From Podarcis gaigeae (taxonomy: Eukaryota), in the NCBI GenBank assembly GCA_964106915.2, contig OZ066919.1: a DNA stretch of 64,000 nt; one strand, 5' to 3'. The notes under the pieces are model-generated. The model ran no database searches, was not told the DNA's origin, and was given only the letters and a program-made list of their open reading frames with translations. Position numbers and translations under genes: made by a program. Positions 1 through 13,450 of the stretch are shown here, piece after piece (positions within the stretch are counted from its first letter, which is position 1; every line of letters begins with the position of its first letter).

Positions 1-59
1 TTGAATCTTTTGTGGAAAGTTCTGTCTTGTTTAAACAAGACTGTTAGACAACAACAGTG

Positions 60-410
60 TGGATGGATTGCTGAAGGAGGATAGGAAGGTTGCAGAATTA
101 TTACAATCTGTCTTTACCATGGAAGATGTTGAACAGATACTCCGCCTGAACAAGTATTTTGATGGAGAGCATTTGAAGCACCAAGTTGAAAAGAGGTGAC
201 AAGGAATGGAATTCTAACGCTAATTGACAGATTACAAATCTATGTCATTGGATCTGGATGGCATACACCCAAGAGTTCTTAAATCAAGTGTGAAATTGCT
301 GATCTTCTTAAAAAAATATTTTTAGCTTGTCGCTAATATCAGATTCCGTACCTATGGATAAAAAGGTTCACTGACATAATGTCAATTTTTAGAAAAAGAT
401 CCAAATGTGG
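60..410 (+). mobile_element. Degenerate CR1 LINE ORF2 fragment
   Basis: 'tctgtctttacc', 'ggatctggatggcatacacccaagagttctt' (G.DGIHPRVL) and 'aatgtcaatttttagaaaaagatcc' (ANV.PIFKKG-like) are typical of the CR1 pre-RT region. Ends approximate. Confidence 0.7.
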
Positions 411-447
411 CAGGCAGGCCCCAGGTAAATGGCTAGAAAGGATTAGT

Positions 448-725
448 TGTTGGCATCTATCTTGGAAGAAAATAGAAGAGTGCATTATCTGGGGGCACAG
501 TCAAACAGTTGGAGAGTTACAGCACCTGCTGTGACTGTAAAGACTGATAGGGGAGAGACATGTTTTGTTGCAGCTAGGGCAGATGACGGCATCTGTTTGG
601 GTTGATGTATGTGTACCATGGTGTTTCTTTTTTCTGTGCTCCTCACGGCTATCATTCCTCCTTTGGTCACATGGCCTGACTGAAGTCTGACCCACAGAAC
701 AGGCAAAGTTGGAGTGATGGTAAGA
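448..725 (-). mobile_element. RTE-clade LINE 3' end
   Basis: Minus-strand ORF 501-731 ends ICPSCNKTCLSPISLYSHSRCC, the C-terminal CCHC motif of RTE ORF2, followed by an RTE-type tail. Homologous to 35047-35300. Confidence 0.8.
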
Positions 726-1503
726 GAGCAATAGCTGTGAATAACCTAGCTCCCTTTAAGCATCCAGGTATTAAATCTACATAATTAAATCTCTCTGTGT
801 AAACAGCTGGTTGCATGCTTAGTTAGTAAAGTATTAACATGCCTGTTTTGTATATTCTGTGTGGTTTTTCTCAGTTTTCTTTCTGTGTGGTTTTTCTCAG
901 TTTTAGAATAATTCTCTTTTAGGTTAGGTTGCATTTGCTTTGCCTTTTGGAATTCCAAAGACTGCACCCGAAGACTTCTAAAAGATCCAAGCCTTGTAAA
1001 GACCCAAAACTTCTAAAAAGATCAGAGAGTAACTGCCCTACAATGTAACTTTGCTTGCTGCACAAGTTTACTATCTAAAATTGTTACAGTTTGGAGGGTT
1101 TATGTTTAGAAGCATATACTGTATGGAATACAATCTGTAAGGGATTCTTATGAATTTAAGAAGTCTATGATCAAGTCCTCTCCCCGCATGGTTCAAGAGC
1201 TAAGGCTTTTTGAAACTAACACTTCTGCACCCTCCTTTAATAACTGACCTTTTGTTACCTAATAGAGTTGTTGAATCCCCCCTTTAGACCTATTTGGCAG
1301 TGTTAATTCAACTCTGCTTTGTCGTTAGCTTTATCTCTTTCCTGCAGCTGTGTCTTATGCTCTCAGTTCTCTTTTGTCTTTTGCTGGTCTCCATTTCCAG
1401 ACCAGCTATTTTTTGTTCTCCCGTAGCATTCTAAGAAGCAACCCTGGTATGCCCTCATGCTCTTGTGTTCATGCATTGCAGCACAGTGGGCTCATTGTAC
1501 CTT

Positions 1504-1997
1504 CATAGAATCACAGACTCTTAGAGTTGAAAGGGACCCAAAAGTCATCTAGTCCTTCCCCTCAGTTTCTTCATCCAAGTAATTTATGAAGGCATTGAGC
1601 AACAACAGGCCCAGGACAGAACCCTGTGGCACCCCACTAGTCACATTTTTCTAGGATGATGTGGAGCCATTAATGAGTACTCTTTGGGTTTGGTCAGCCA
1701 ATCAGATACAAATCCACCTAACAGTTACCTCGTTCAACCCACATTTTACCTGCTTTCTCGTGGGAATATTGTGGGGGACTTTGTCAAAAGCCTTACGGAA
1801 ATCAAGATACAGTATGTCCACAGCATTTCCCTGATCCACCAAGTTTGTAATTTCATCAAAAAAAGAAATCAGATTGGTCTGGCATGACTTTGTTTTGAGA
1901 AATCCATGCTGGGTCTTAGCTATCACAGCATCCTTTTCTAAATGCTCACAGACTGACGGTTGAATTATCTGTTCTAGGACTTTCCCTGGTATTGATT
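1504..1997 (-). mobile_element. CR1 LINE fragment (RT domain joined to 3' tail, internally deleted)
   Basis: ORF 1702-1926 QHGFLKTKSCQTNLISFFDEIT...VDILYLDFRKAFDKVPH is canonical CR1 RT. 1504-1556 'catagaatc...gagttgaaagggacc...gtcatctagtcc' is the reverse-complemented CR1 3' end. Confidence 0.9.
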
Positions 1998-2283
1998 ATA
2001 GCTTAATATTTACAGCACCTGGCATGTTCAGGTAGGCAAGAGAAAGAAAAAAGATTTCTCCCTTAAGCTGTTGGAGAGCTGCTGCTCGCCAATATCAACA
2101 GTACTGAGCTACATGTACCCAATGGTCTTAAGTCAGTATTAAGTAGCTTTCTATGTTTTTGTACATTCTTCCCATACCTGTAACTGCCAGGAACAGCAGT
2201 GACATATCTAGTCTCAAATGGAAGGAAGATAAGAGGTAACAAAGCAAGACATATTCAGAGAGAGATTCAGCAGAGCTCTAAGG

Positions 2284-2543
2284 CAGGGGTCAGCAAACTT
2301 TTTCAACAGGGGGCTGGTCCACTGTCCCTCAGACCTTGTGGGGGGCTGGACTATATATTTTTTTTTGGGGGGGGGAGAAATGAACAAATTCCTATGCCCC
2401 ACAAATAACCCAGAGATGCATTTTAAATAAAAGGACACATTCTACTCATATAAAAACATGCTAACTCCCAGATTGTCTGTGGGCCGGATTTAGAAGGTGA
2501 TTGGGCCAGATCTGGCCCCCGGGCCTTAGTTTGCCTACCCATA
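2284..2543. mobile_element. hAT-type MITE
   Basis: Imperfect TIRs caggggtcagcaaact / agtttgcctacccata; 8-bp TSD ctctaagg (2276-2283) / ctctatgg (2544-2551). Confidence 0.85.
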
Positions 2544-5087
2544 CTCTATGGCATCAGGTGAGGATTAGTGCTAGAATGTGCAGAATAATGTGACCCTCTC
2601 TAATTTCCCTTTCTGCTCAGTAATGCCAGTGGCGTTTGCTCTTTTATTTAGGCATCATAATGGGTAATAATAGATCTCTCTTAAAATCATTTCCCCTCAT
2701 CATTTCGCATTACAGCAGCAAATATAGGCTTCGAAGGGCCTTTTTATGTGCTTCCATTTCTTATTCAGTGACACTAATGTAATGGGGTCCTCCCAGAGTA
2801 CTGCTGAAGTAGCCTAGAGATTATTAGACTCTGAATTTAAATTCAGAAAATAATTTGTTAAAACCCTTAAGCACATTCCTACAGAAACCCACATAAGCAT
2901 TTGGGTTGTTCTCAGTGCAACATCAAAAGGCATAGGGCACATGCCTCACTCTTCTTCTTCCCCCAAAACAGCCAGTTTGCCACAAAAAGACAGGGTCCTC
3001 TGGAATTTTTAGGACTGGCTTGGTTTGGTTGTGATATGAGCTTTCTAAGCAAGAGTTGGTTTAACTGGATATGTGAGGCCCATAAGATGATGAGCTTCAG
3101 ATGTGCTTAAGAGGTAGGCTGTTGCATAACTATCTCATGCCTCAATGCATTGGCTAGTTGTTAAGGGGCCAAAGAAATGTATGAATTTTCCTCTCCCCAC
3201 TTTTCAGCAATCTCAACTGGTCATTCCGAAAAAGAAGCATTCTGGTCAACTTATGCTGTGAAGCATCGCATCTACTTTATGATGTGATTTATGTAACAAA
3301 TGCAAGGTGGTTGAGATTTGAAACTGACAAGACATTAACACCTGAGAAGAGGAACAAAAGAAGCTTTGTTATCAGGTTACGATAGTGATCAAAAATGCCT
3401 TATGACAGTGGTATGTGCAGTAGCAGAGCAACTGCCAGAAGCTAGGTGGAGTGCTAGTGACATTCTGAACTGTGCAATTAGGAATTTTTAAAAAGCAGCT
3501 TTCTAAAACACAGAACAGTAAATATGCAGTCATTCTGCTTGAATCAGTTTATAATGGCCTAATAAGTGATGGTATGTAATGAAAATGCAGCAAGAGCACC
3601 AGAATGCAAGCTTCGATGGGAGTGAAAGAAGCATTCATCTTAAAACAAATTCAAAACAGCACTGAGATTAAAAAACAAAACAAGCTTTTAAAATGCCAAG
3701 TTTGATGTAGCCTAGGTAGAGAATAAGTGGTGGTAGTTTTCAGCTGCAGAAATAAAGGATAATAGCTTCATTGTAAAAATAACTCTTTTATCTCTCTCAA
3801 ATCCAGAGGCATATATGGAGGCATTCAGTACTAATACAGTACACACGTGGAAGCATTCAGACACTTCCTTGGATTTGTGGCGTGGCAACAAGTGTTATCT
3901 TAGTAGATGTTAATCTGCAATTCTGCTCCTCAGAAAGGGTTCCTCTCAAGACACAGTGTCATTTACAGAAATCAGCAGCTTTGTTCAGTTAGCTATAGAC
4001 ATAAATATATTTCTTTAATAGGAAAGGCAGAAGCATCTTGGCCAAAACTTCTGCTGCTCCCTGGAGGGGGTGGGGATGTTCTCATGTTCTTCTAGCCACT
4101 CTGGGCAGTTTCTTGCTTGGAACTAATGCTGTCTGTTCCCCATTTCTTTTGAGGAGCTATGTGATAATTCACCTTTGAGCTGCATACATCTTATTTTTTT
4201 ATCCATAAAAGAGGAGTAATATACATAGAATTGTAGAGTTGGAAAGGACCACTATTCCAACCCCCTGCATCATACAAGAGGGGTAGCCAACATGGTACAT
4301 TGCAGATGTCCCATTAGCTCAAGTCAGCATGGGACAGACATGCTGGGAGTTGCACAACAACACCTGGAGAGCACCACATTGGCTACCCCCACCCAACAAC
4401 GTAATAGTTCAGAAGCTGATGAATTTCACAAGCATCTAATTATGCAGCATAGGTAGTAAAAGGCCCATATAATTATGCCTTGATGGGGGGGATCTCCCTT
4501 CTAGGTGTAACATTATTGACATTGTTGCATTCTACGTTATAGAAATGCCTTGTCATCTCTACTCAAGTGGTAGAGCACTTTATAATTCCTTTAGTTCCTA
4601 TAATTCCTATAAATTCCTGCTAGATAATGTTTCTCTCTATTTTAACTGGTATGCAGATGGTATTGGAAATGCTTTTATAATTTTTTTGTGACTCAAGTCT
4701 GGAAAATATGCTATAATCTTACCCTTACACAATTGAGAGGAGAATTACTGGGCTGCCGCCGAATAGTAATATAGGTATCTCCTTGGTGTGCTTGAAAGCC
4801 TGGGATTTGGGTCCAGCCCTCTTTCATCGGCCTTGTCTGGACCAGGTTTCCTTCACACTGGCAGCTTTGTGGTCAGGCCTTTTGAGCCCACCCAGATCTG
4901 ATATCTGCACCTGTAGGTGATGTAGTCAAATGTATTCTAGTTCTCAAGAGGACAGAAACTTAAAACAACCTTCCCCAACTTGGTATCCTCATGTTTTAGA
5001 ATACAGCTCTCATCAAGTCCAGCCAGTATGACAGCAAACCCAAGGAGTTGCAAAATCCTGAAAAGGAAAGATTTGGTTGATTTAGAT

Positions 5088-5224
5088 CAGGAATGGGGAA
5101 CCTATGACTATCCAAGATGCTTTTGGACTACATCTTCCATGAGCCAGTCAGCACAGACAGTGGTCAGGGATGGTGGGAGTTGTAGTCCAACCATATCTTG
5201 AGAGCTGTAGGTTCCCCAACCATG
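5088..5224. mobile_element. Short hAT-derived MITE
   Basis: TIRs caggaatggggaacct / aggttccccaaccatg with internal 'gggagttgtagtcc'. Related copies at about 4277-4390, 7100-7220 and 59240-59330. Confidence 0.65.
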
Positions 5225-6459
5225 GCATAGACTCTCAAGGCTTTTTGTCATATTTTTGAGGAGTGTTTTTAATAGAGGAATGAAGGTAAACATACTTGTT
5301 CATGTGTTTTAATTGAGAATTTTCCAAATTATTCTACTAAATATGCGCTCCAGGCTAGAAAAAAAGCTCACTCCATTGCAATACCTAGTCTCCACAGCTA
5401 ATGAGTAAGCAGAGATGTAAGCTGTAATTGTTTTAATAAAGTGCATAGATGTGGTTGGGTGCACACAGGGAATAGAGCTAGTGAATTTAAAAAAACCCAA
5501 TTTTTATGTAGTCACTTTTCTTCCCTTAGACGTTCTTTAAAAAGACAAAGGATTATTTATAGATCACTGAGAAATGTTAAATGAGTTCATTGAATATTCT
5601 GTTAATATGTAGAGATGGAAAAACAAAAGATGCCATCCTAAGAATTCTTTTGTTTCTTCTCTTTCTCATCAGAGTATCAAAGATAAATAACAAACTTGAA
5701 AGACTGCTTGCAGGTTTGGCTAAGAAGGAAACCAGGCTCTTGTTCAATGGGGAGCAAAGACGGTTTAGTGGAGACAGGAGAACAGTCTGTTCATACAGAA
5801 AGGGACATGGATCAACTATTCTCTTCAGGCAGTGAAGACAAAAAAAGCAAGACTGGCTGAATGGCAATAGACAGAATACCAGTTTAAGAATAAAAGTGAA
5901 AAATCTTTGTAAACACTTATGGGTTATGAAACAGCAGAACAAGTGGAACAGAATGGAGTATGGTAAGGTTGGGGGTGGGGAAAAATAATACAGATTTCCC
6001 CAACAAGAGAGATGGATATTATGTGTAGTGGAGTAAGGGGGGTTTAGCAGTGCCGCCTTATCTGCTCCAGATCAAGTGTTGAAAGAACCAACACATTGGA
6101 AAACAAGCCCTCAGAATGGCTCACAGATTCTCACTGCCTAAGATTATTCTTTTCAATTCCTGCCATGTATCAGAATTTATTTTCTTCCTGATCAACTTTA
6201 AAGGTGTGTAATCATGCGAAATGTAGTCTCTGACAGCACAATTTTAATTCTTGCCAACCACTCGACAAGCAATTGGTACAGCAGGAGCAGAGTGCAAGTT
6301 CCTACTGTCTCCTTAGCTTAATAGATTCATTGCTATCACCATTCCATGAATTACTTCATTTATAAACACAATATTAAAATGTTATCAATTTCTTGGCTGA
6401 AACACAATTGAAAGAACTGGACCTGAAGTTACATCACCCAGTTACTGTGTGTACTTAAT

Positions 6460-6637
6460 AACATAGGAAGTTGCCTTAATCAGATCAGTGGTCCATCTAG
6501 CACAATATTGTTTTCTGTGCTGACTGGCAGACGCTCTCCATGGTTTCAGACAGGGGCATTCCCAGTCCTACCTGGAGATACTGGGGATTGAACGTTAGGA
6601 CTTCTGCATGTGTTCTACCACTGAACTATGGCCCATC
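6460..6637 (-). mobile_element. tRNA-derived squamate SINE
   Basis: 'acataggaag...ggtccatctagc...ggggattgaac...accactgaactatggccc' contains reverse-complemented pol III B and A boxes. Related tail fragment at about 2050-2155 on +. Confidence 0.65.
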
Positions 6638-6727
6638 CCAACAATGTGTAAACCTTTTCTTGGCCATGCAGTCTCCATCTGATCCCTCATATACTAATCC
6701 TTGTGGGCAATTGGATTTTGTAATCTA

Positions 6728-6966
6728 CAGTGGTACCTCGGGTTAAGAACTTAATTCGTCCTGGAGGTCCGTTCTTTACCTGAAACTGTTCTTAACCTGA
6801 GATACCACTTTAGCTAATGGGGCCTCTCGCCGCTGCGCCGCAGCCACACAATTTCTGTTCTCATCCTGAAGCAAAGTTCTTAACCCAAAGTACTATTTCT
6901 GGGTTAGTGGAGTCTGTAACCTGAAGCGTCTGTAACCTGAAGCACCTGTAGCCCGAGGTACCACTG
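6728..6966. mobile_element. Tc1/Mariner (Tigger/pogo-like) MITE, 239 bp
   Basis: TIR cagtggtacctcggg ... cccgaggtaccactg, TA target duplications at 6726-6727 and 6967-6968, internal tctgtaacctgaagc subrepeats. Confidence 0.92.
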
Positions 6967-7954
6967 TATTCCTTTCTTTATATCCTACTTCTGTGCTACA
7001 TCTGAGGAAGATTTCAGTTTGGATTCTTATAAGCTTAGTGTTCAGCGCCATTTCTAGTTATAAATGTTGTGAATTGTTTTCTTGCACAAATGTGCAAGGA
7101 CTGGGGAGCCTGTGGCTCTCCAGATAGCGAATTACTATCATTCCTGATCATTGGCCATAGTGGCTGGGGCTGAGTGGAGTCCCAACAATATTTGAAGGGC
7201 CACTGTTTCTCCCCCCTTGGATGTAGAACCAATCCATAGAGCCAAGTCATAGTCAGAAGTAATACTTACATTGTTTGGGTGTTTCCCTTTTTTGCATTTT
7301 TGTTTGTTTGTTCTAAGGCTTATCTGTGATTGAAGTCTTCTCTTTACTGAACCAGTAAAATCCATCACACTAGTCTCCCTTTTTGAAATTTGCTTTTGCA
7401 AATTAATATACTTACTATATCTACTGAAAGAAATAATCAAATTGATATTAACAGGATATACAGTAATCTGTGATTAGGTTTAGAAGTGTGAAAGTGGTTT
7501 GTTGTCCAACATTTGTTTTTGTTTTTTAAACTGTCGTGATGACCGCATGGTTTATCTGACATGAGAAAAAGCAGTACATTCCCTCCATAAGTAGAGGCCA
7601 TTCAAGGGTATTGGTGAAGAAGGAATTTCTGAGAGGCTCTGCCATTCTGGTTACTGGTAGAAAGCTCAGTCAAGCACAAGCACTGTTGTGAGCTGGCTGG
7701 GAGCACCATACTGATCAGAAGATGGGATAGGATCTCAGCAGCTCATTAGACAGACCTTAAGATGTTTTAGAGTTAACAATTCTAGCTTTTCAATCCCAAA
7801 GCACTTGCACACATTGCATATATTGTTTTCTGGGCTTCAAGTATATTTGCTATGCCCTAAAGAAAGCTTTCTCTAAGGTTTATCTGTTCAGCTCTGTACA
7901 TATTTTTTTTTGTCTAAAAGGGGAATTCTGTCGGTAAATGAATTAAGTGCTGCT

Positions 7955-8375
7955 AGCAATAGTGAAATTGTTCTCCAGCATTGAGGGAGGCTCACCTGGC
8001 ACCATTTGTTACATATCTTTAGGTGCCAGGCAAAAACATTCCTTTTCTCCCATGCCTTTGGCTAATTATACAATCTATGCCCTTTTCCATACGCTGCTCT
8101 GGTTCACCAGAAGCGGCTTAGTCATGCTGGCCACATGACCCAGAAGCTGTACGCCGGCTCCCTCGGCCAGTAAAGCGAGATGAGCACCACAACCCCAGAG
8201 TCATCCGCAACTGGACCTAACAGTCAGGGGTCCCTTTACCTTTACCCTTTAAAACTTTGTGTGTGTGGAATTGTTTTGGTTTGTTATTGTGCCATATATT
8301 GTTGTGTTTTTATATAGTAAACCACCCTGTAATCTTTGGATGAAGGGCGGTATAGAAAATTAATAAATAAATAAA
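7955..8375 (+). mobile_element. L2 LINE 3' tail interrupted by a Sauria SINE
   Basis: 'ggtgccaggcaaaaacattcct' and 'gtaaaccaccctg...gatgaagggcggtatagaaaattaataaataaataaa' are L2-type 3' end motifs on either side of the SINE. Confidence 0.6.
8093..8250 (+). mobile_element. Sauria SINE (5'-truncated)
   Basis: 'gtcatgctggccacatgacc...ggctccctcggcc...gagatgagcacc...ccccagagtc...caggggtccctttacctttacc' with the characteristic (ACCTTT)n tail. CpGs retained, so relatively young. Confidence 0.9.
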
Positions 8376-9099
8376 TTAGCACTGAACAGTAAGTTGCAGC
8401 CGTAAAAGTCAATGTGTAGAAACGTAGCAATCAGTTGCAGGTTCAAAGTAGTGAGTATTTGACATCATGGATGTAGGGGCTGCTTCTTCATAGAGGATTG
8501 CTAAGTTTGAAGTGCAAAACACTTTAACGGGTTACCCTTATTTCCATAAATCATCATTGAAATATGTTGATCATCAGTATTTAAAAGGGCTCAATTAAAA
8601 GTTCAAACATATTACGATGCACAGCTAATAAAGGGCCTGATATGAAATGCAATAGCACTTGGGTGACATTGTGCCAGCCCCATTGCTAATGACCAAAATA
8701 TTAAAAGACTTATTGAAGTTCAGTCATCAATCAAGGTAAATAGATTCTTGCGGCAAAGAATGTAAATGTGCTTCTTTGATATGGTGTGAATACAAACTAT
8801 CCAGACCGCCTCTTTGTGCTTGTATCTACTGTTATCAATATATGAACAGCTGGACTAATATGGCAATGGGGAAGAGGGGTGATAATTAACGTTTCATTTC
8901 CTAATTGCTGGATAGAGCTATCATGACAATCCTGATTACTGAATTGGTCTTCTAATTGCACCTTCTTTTTTCTTTTCAAGTTGCATCCCAACATGGTGTT
9001 TCATGCACATTCATGCAGCCAAAGAATAAAATTAAGTAATGATTAAGTAAAATTAAGTAAAATATAAAGCATGTGCAAATATAAAGTGGTTTAACTGTC

Positions 9100-10330
9100 C
9101 TTGCTTCTACTCCCACATGCTCTTCAACATCTACATGAAGCTATTGGGATTGGTCATCAGAGGATTTGGAGCTCAGTGTCACCAATGTGTGTATGACATC
9201 GAGCTCTACTTTTTCATACCATCTGAAACGGATGAAACTGTGCAGTGCTGAACAAGTGCCTGGAGGCAGCAATGGTTTGGATGAGTGCTAACAAACTGAA
9301 GCTTAATTCTGACAAGATGGAGGCACTTTTGTTAGTGATTCCTATGTTCAGAAATCTGATGAACAGCCTGTTTTAAATGGAGTTGCACTCCTCCTGAAAT
9401 AGCAGGTTTATAGCCGGAGGATACTCCTAGATATAGTATTGTTATGAGGCCCAGGAAACACCAGTGGTAAGGAATCAGCTATGCAGGTCCCTCTTCACCC
9501 GGGGGCACCAAATGTTTACCCACTGCATACGGGTCCCTCCTCCATTGCTCTGTTACTCCATAGCATCAAACAAAAGCAGTTGGTTTGGGGTTGTTGTTTT
9601 TTTGTTTGTTTGTTTGTTTTTGCTGCATCGTTGTTACAGGCGAGTGGGGGGGGCACTAGGCAGATCTTTGCACCCCAGCAACGCATATGCTAAAGACAGC
9701 CCTGCAGCTATGGCTGATTTACCAGCTTTGACTGTTCCTGAACCATGATAGTCTTATTATGGTAATCCATTTTCTAGTTACCTCATGGTTAGGCTACTGT
9801 ATGTTGGGCTTCAATTGGAAGATAATTTGGAAACTTCACAAAGACTGCTGACAGGTACATTTGTGCAGAGTCATGTAACAGCAATTCTTCAGGATCAGCA
9901 CTGGCTGCCTATGAAGCCAGGTTTAAGGTGTTAATGATGATATATGAAGCCCTAACTTACTTGGAATCTAAATATTTGACAGAGTCTCTCTCCTCTTGTA
10001 ATACAACCCAGGGGCTGAGACCAGTAGCAAGTTTAACTCACTGTGTGATGACCACAGGCTATCACCCCAACTCCAGAATTCAGTGTAGACGGCTTCAATG
10101 TTAGGCTGTTGGCACCAGGTTAAGAGGCACGTGTTCAGCCCAAGTGTTCAGAGGAGTTTGATCTGATTATTCAAGATTTTAGACCTGCTGTTGTGCACTT
10201 AGAGTATAAAATGTTTATCTTTAGAAAACTTTTGGTTGCTATTTTAGTGTCTTCTATAATAACTGTTATGTTTTATTGTTGTGAGATGTTAACTTATTAT
10301 ACTATTTACTTTATTTTGTAATCTTATTTT
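9100..10330 (+). mobile_element. Degenerate L2 LINE RT/3' fragment with an internal insertion (about 9463-9705)
   Basis: 'ctcttcaacatctacatgaag...gtcatcagaggatttgga...tgtcaccaatgtgtgtatgacatcgagctctac' (LFNIYMK...CHQYADDTQLY-like), 'aacaaactgaagcttaat..gacaag' (NKLKLN.DK) and 'cactggctgcct' (HWLP). Ends approximate. Confidence 0.8.
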
Positions 10331-12936
10331 ATATAGTGGCCTGGTTCACAAATAATGCTAAATCATAAGTTAACATTAATAACCGTAGTTAATGTTAACC
10401 ATAATTATAAAAATGCCAGTTCAAGCTGAGGCATCAGGTAGACCATCATTTATTAGCATACAGGCAATCCTCGTTTTGTGCGGAGGTTACTTCCAGGTTC
10501 GACACCATTTGTGCGTGGACAATTGTGTGTCCATCAGACCTGCCTAAATCAGTTGTTGCCCGAGCTAAAAGTATCAGAGAGAGCAACCTTGAGAGCAGCT
10601 TGATTTTTATTTTTTATTGCCACTCTTCACTCTCTGCTGTGGACTATGACAGCTCCATAACCATAAAGTAATGGCAGAGATTTGAGTTTGCATGTGCCTT
10701 GCCGCCCACCCAGCAAATGAAGACACATGACAAAGAAGCACTTACAGCAGCTCCCATGGTGCTCCAGGTACCCGTGCACACACACTTCTTGCCTTTAGGC
10801 AGCTGCCCCCAGATTTGTGCCCTGTGGAGCTGTTGCAGTAACAAGGGGACTATGTCCCCCACCAGCTTATGTACCCTCATCTGATGGTGGCATGCACAAC
10901 CTGAGGCTCCACCTACACAGAAGCCATTATTGCTCTTCAAGCTCCTCCTGGTTCTAGGAGACAGCAGGGTGGCAGCGAGAGGGGTGGCAGCAGACAGAGG
11001 GGTGGCAGCGAGTCAGCCTGAAAAATCCCTTCCTCCTCTTTTCTCAGATCCTGCCTTGCAGGCAGCATCAAACCCCAATAGATTGCTGGCCCCCTTTTCT
11101 GGGTCCCTCTCTTGGCCCCCTGCCTCTGCTGCACACTCTTCAGAGTTCTGATAGTTCATGACAGCATGTAATGCTAATCTATGGTTAATGTTAACAAAGG
11201 TTAACATTACAAGCAACCTTTAGCCATAATAAACAAACCATAAACCACTGGCTGGTATCACACATTAAAGTTGTGGTTTAATAAACCATGGTTTAGTGTT
11301 ATATGCAAGCCAAGCCAATGCATTGTAAACCATCCTGGGCTCTTTATTTGATAATGAGTAGTTTAAAAGTCAAACAAACAAACAAACCTTGCAGACTGAA
11401 GTTCTATGACAGCTACAGATGCTTACTTGATGGAAACCAAGTAAATGGAATATAGATTCCTTTTTATTTGAACCCATCATTAATATTTGTCTCTCATCAA
11501 ATCAAACTGGTCCTCCACTGGTTAATTGACTTAAAATGTTTAATTTATCTACTGATTAAAAAATGCCAGCCTGTTAATGTATAAAATATGTCATGTGAAG
11601 TGTATGATTTCTGCACTCATAACTGGAATGCTGGGCAAAAAAAATGTGGGTGAGGTGAGATTCACTGTTATTTTTTTTATCCTTTTGATGATACATATGA
11701 TATTGATAGTTCAAAACTGAGTCCAAAAGCAGTGATGTTATTTCATTATAATCTGGTATCAGTGCAATTGTTTGTTACTTGGATAAATAGGAGCTCCACT
11801 TTCACCTTCTATAGATTTAGAATGGGCAGTCAGTTTCAAGATATGCTGATCCAAATTCTATATTGTTGTAAGCTTACATGTTGCTTAGGAAGTCACGCTT
11901 ATTATCAGGCACCAGCTTGTGTTGCTTTGGGAGGTATAATCCCCACAGGGTTGAGATTTCTCATTCTTAAATTATAAAATAACTCAAAAGTGGTTCTGAT
12001 TTATCTAGAAATGCACAAACTATGCATGCTGTGTAGCCCTCTTAACAACACAGCAGTGCTTGGTAAATACTGCTTCTCTAAACAGCGCCACAATAAGAGT
12101 GGGATGTTGGGGGGTAACTGTGGCTAAACCCCAACTCCACTAAAGTCAACAGCATAATTCCTTTGAAGCTTAAGAGAGCTGGAATTGTGCCCCTGTGCAC
12201 GCACACCTGACACTGTAATGTGCCTTGTTAGAACACAGTGTTAGCGACAAGAACTTGTTGGAGACATCATTGCTCACTGCAGCTTCATCTTTAGAAGGCC
12301 TGGTGTCATCAATGGTTTGTCCCAGGCACAAAGATAGTAAAGGAGATTCTCCAGGGATCCTGGAGCGCAGTCTCAAGCCAGGGATTGCCTCTCCCTCTGG
12401 CTGGATAGGCAGGGTCCAGTTTAATAATTCTCCCGGGGGGGGGGTGTCATCCCAGTCTCCCCAGACCAGCCTTGCCTTGGTCCAGAGTGGCTGGGTCTGC
12501 TGGAGCTCCACTTTCACCTTCATTTTGGGGGGGGGGGTGTGTGTTCCTTTTCCTTCTTTCCTTCCTTCTCCTTCCGGAACTTCTTACCTTCCTCTCCTCT
12601 ATTCCCGTTCTCTCACCTGATCCATAATGTATGGGGGGGGGGGGCAATTGATACAGTTTCATCCAGATCTTTGTCCTAACGTTCCGTGCTGTCAAGAGAA
12701 AAGTTTGTTTGCACTCCCTGGCTGAAGCAACCAGACACAGGCAAGATGCATTTGGTTAAGATAGAATACGCAGCAGTAACTGTTAATTTAAGGAAACCAA
12801 TGAAGGATAGATGGGAAGTCAATCAATTATATATATATATTTCTTTTTCTGTATGTTTTTGTTTCTTTATTTGTCATGTTTGTATTTTACTTATCTCCAC
12901 TGCTATCTCCACCCCACTACTTATCTTTACAAACAT

Positions 12937-12937
<1 letters not shown>

Positions 12938-12980
<43 letters not shown>
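12938..12980. repeat. (GT)n microsatellite
   Basis: Perfect GT run of about 21 units. Confidence 0.97.
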
Positions 12981-12981
<1 letters not shown>

Positions 12982-13029
12982 AGATAAGTGCTGCTGTGGA
13001 TCTCAAAAGACTGCACTAAAGGGTGACAT

Positions 13030-13450
13030 ACATTAAATTCAGAATGGAGACTCTCAAATCAACCACAGAAATTGTTGAGTGGAACTACTGGTTCATTTTG
13101 ATAGATTTGTCGAAAGCATATCTCAGTGTTACAAAACACAGGAAAGTATCACAGATTCTGCTATGCAAACAGGCATTTCCAGTACCCGTCACTCTCCTTT
13201 GCATTAAAATCACCCCCAGGGGTCTGTCTTTACCAAGATCCTGGTCATGGTACATGCGGACTCAGTGAATCGATATCTGAACAGTGTTTTGATCAGAGCA
13301 CCCTCACGGGAGCAATGTAAGAAGGACATTCAGATCACCCTGTTGTGCCTGCAACACCATGGCTTTGTAGTGAACATGAAAAAGAGTGATTTGATCCTGA
13401 TGCAGAACATTGTGCTTTTGGGGGTTTAGATCAGTTCTTACCAATTCCAG
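13030..13450 (+). mobile_element. DIRS-type retrotransposon reverse transcriptase fragment, frameshifted
   Basis: Three overlapping ORFs give KFRMETL...WFILIDLSKAYLSV, RFCYANRHFQYPSLSFALKSPP and LQHHGFVVNMKKSDL...IVLLG, matching DIRS RT motifs (F.METL, DL.DAY, FQY..LPFGL..AP, G..VN..KS.L.P). Confidence 0.8.
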
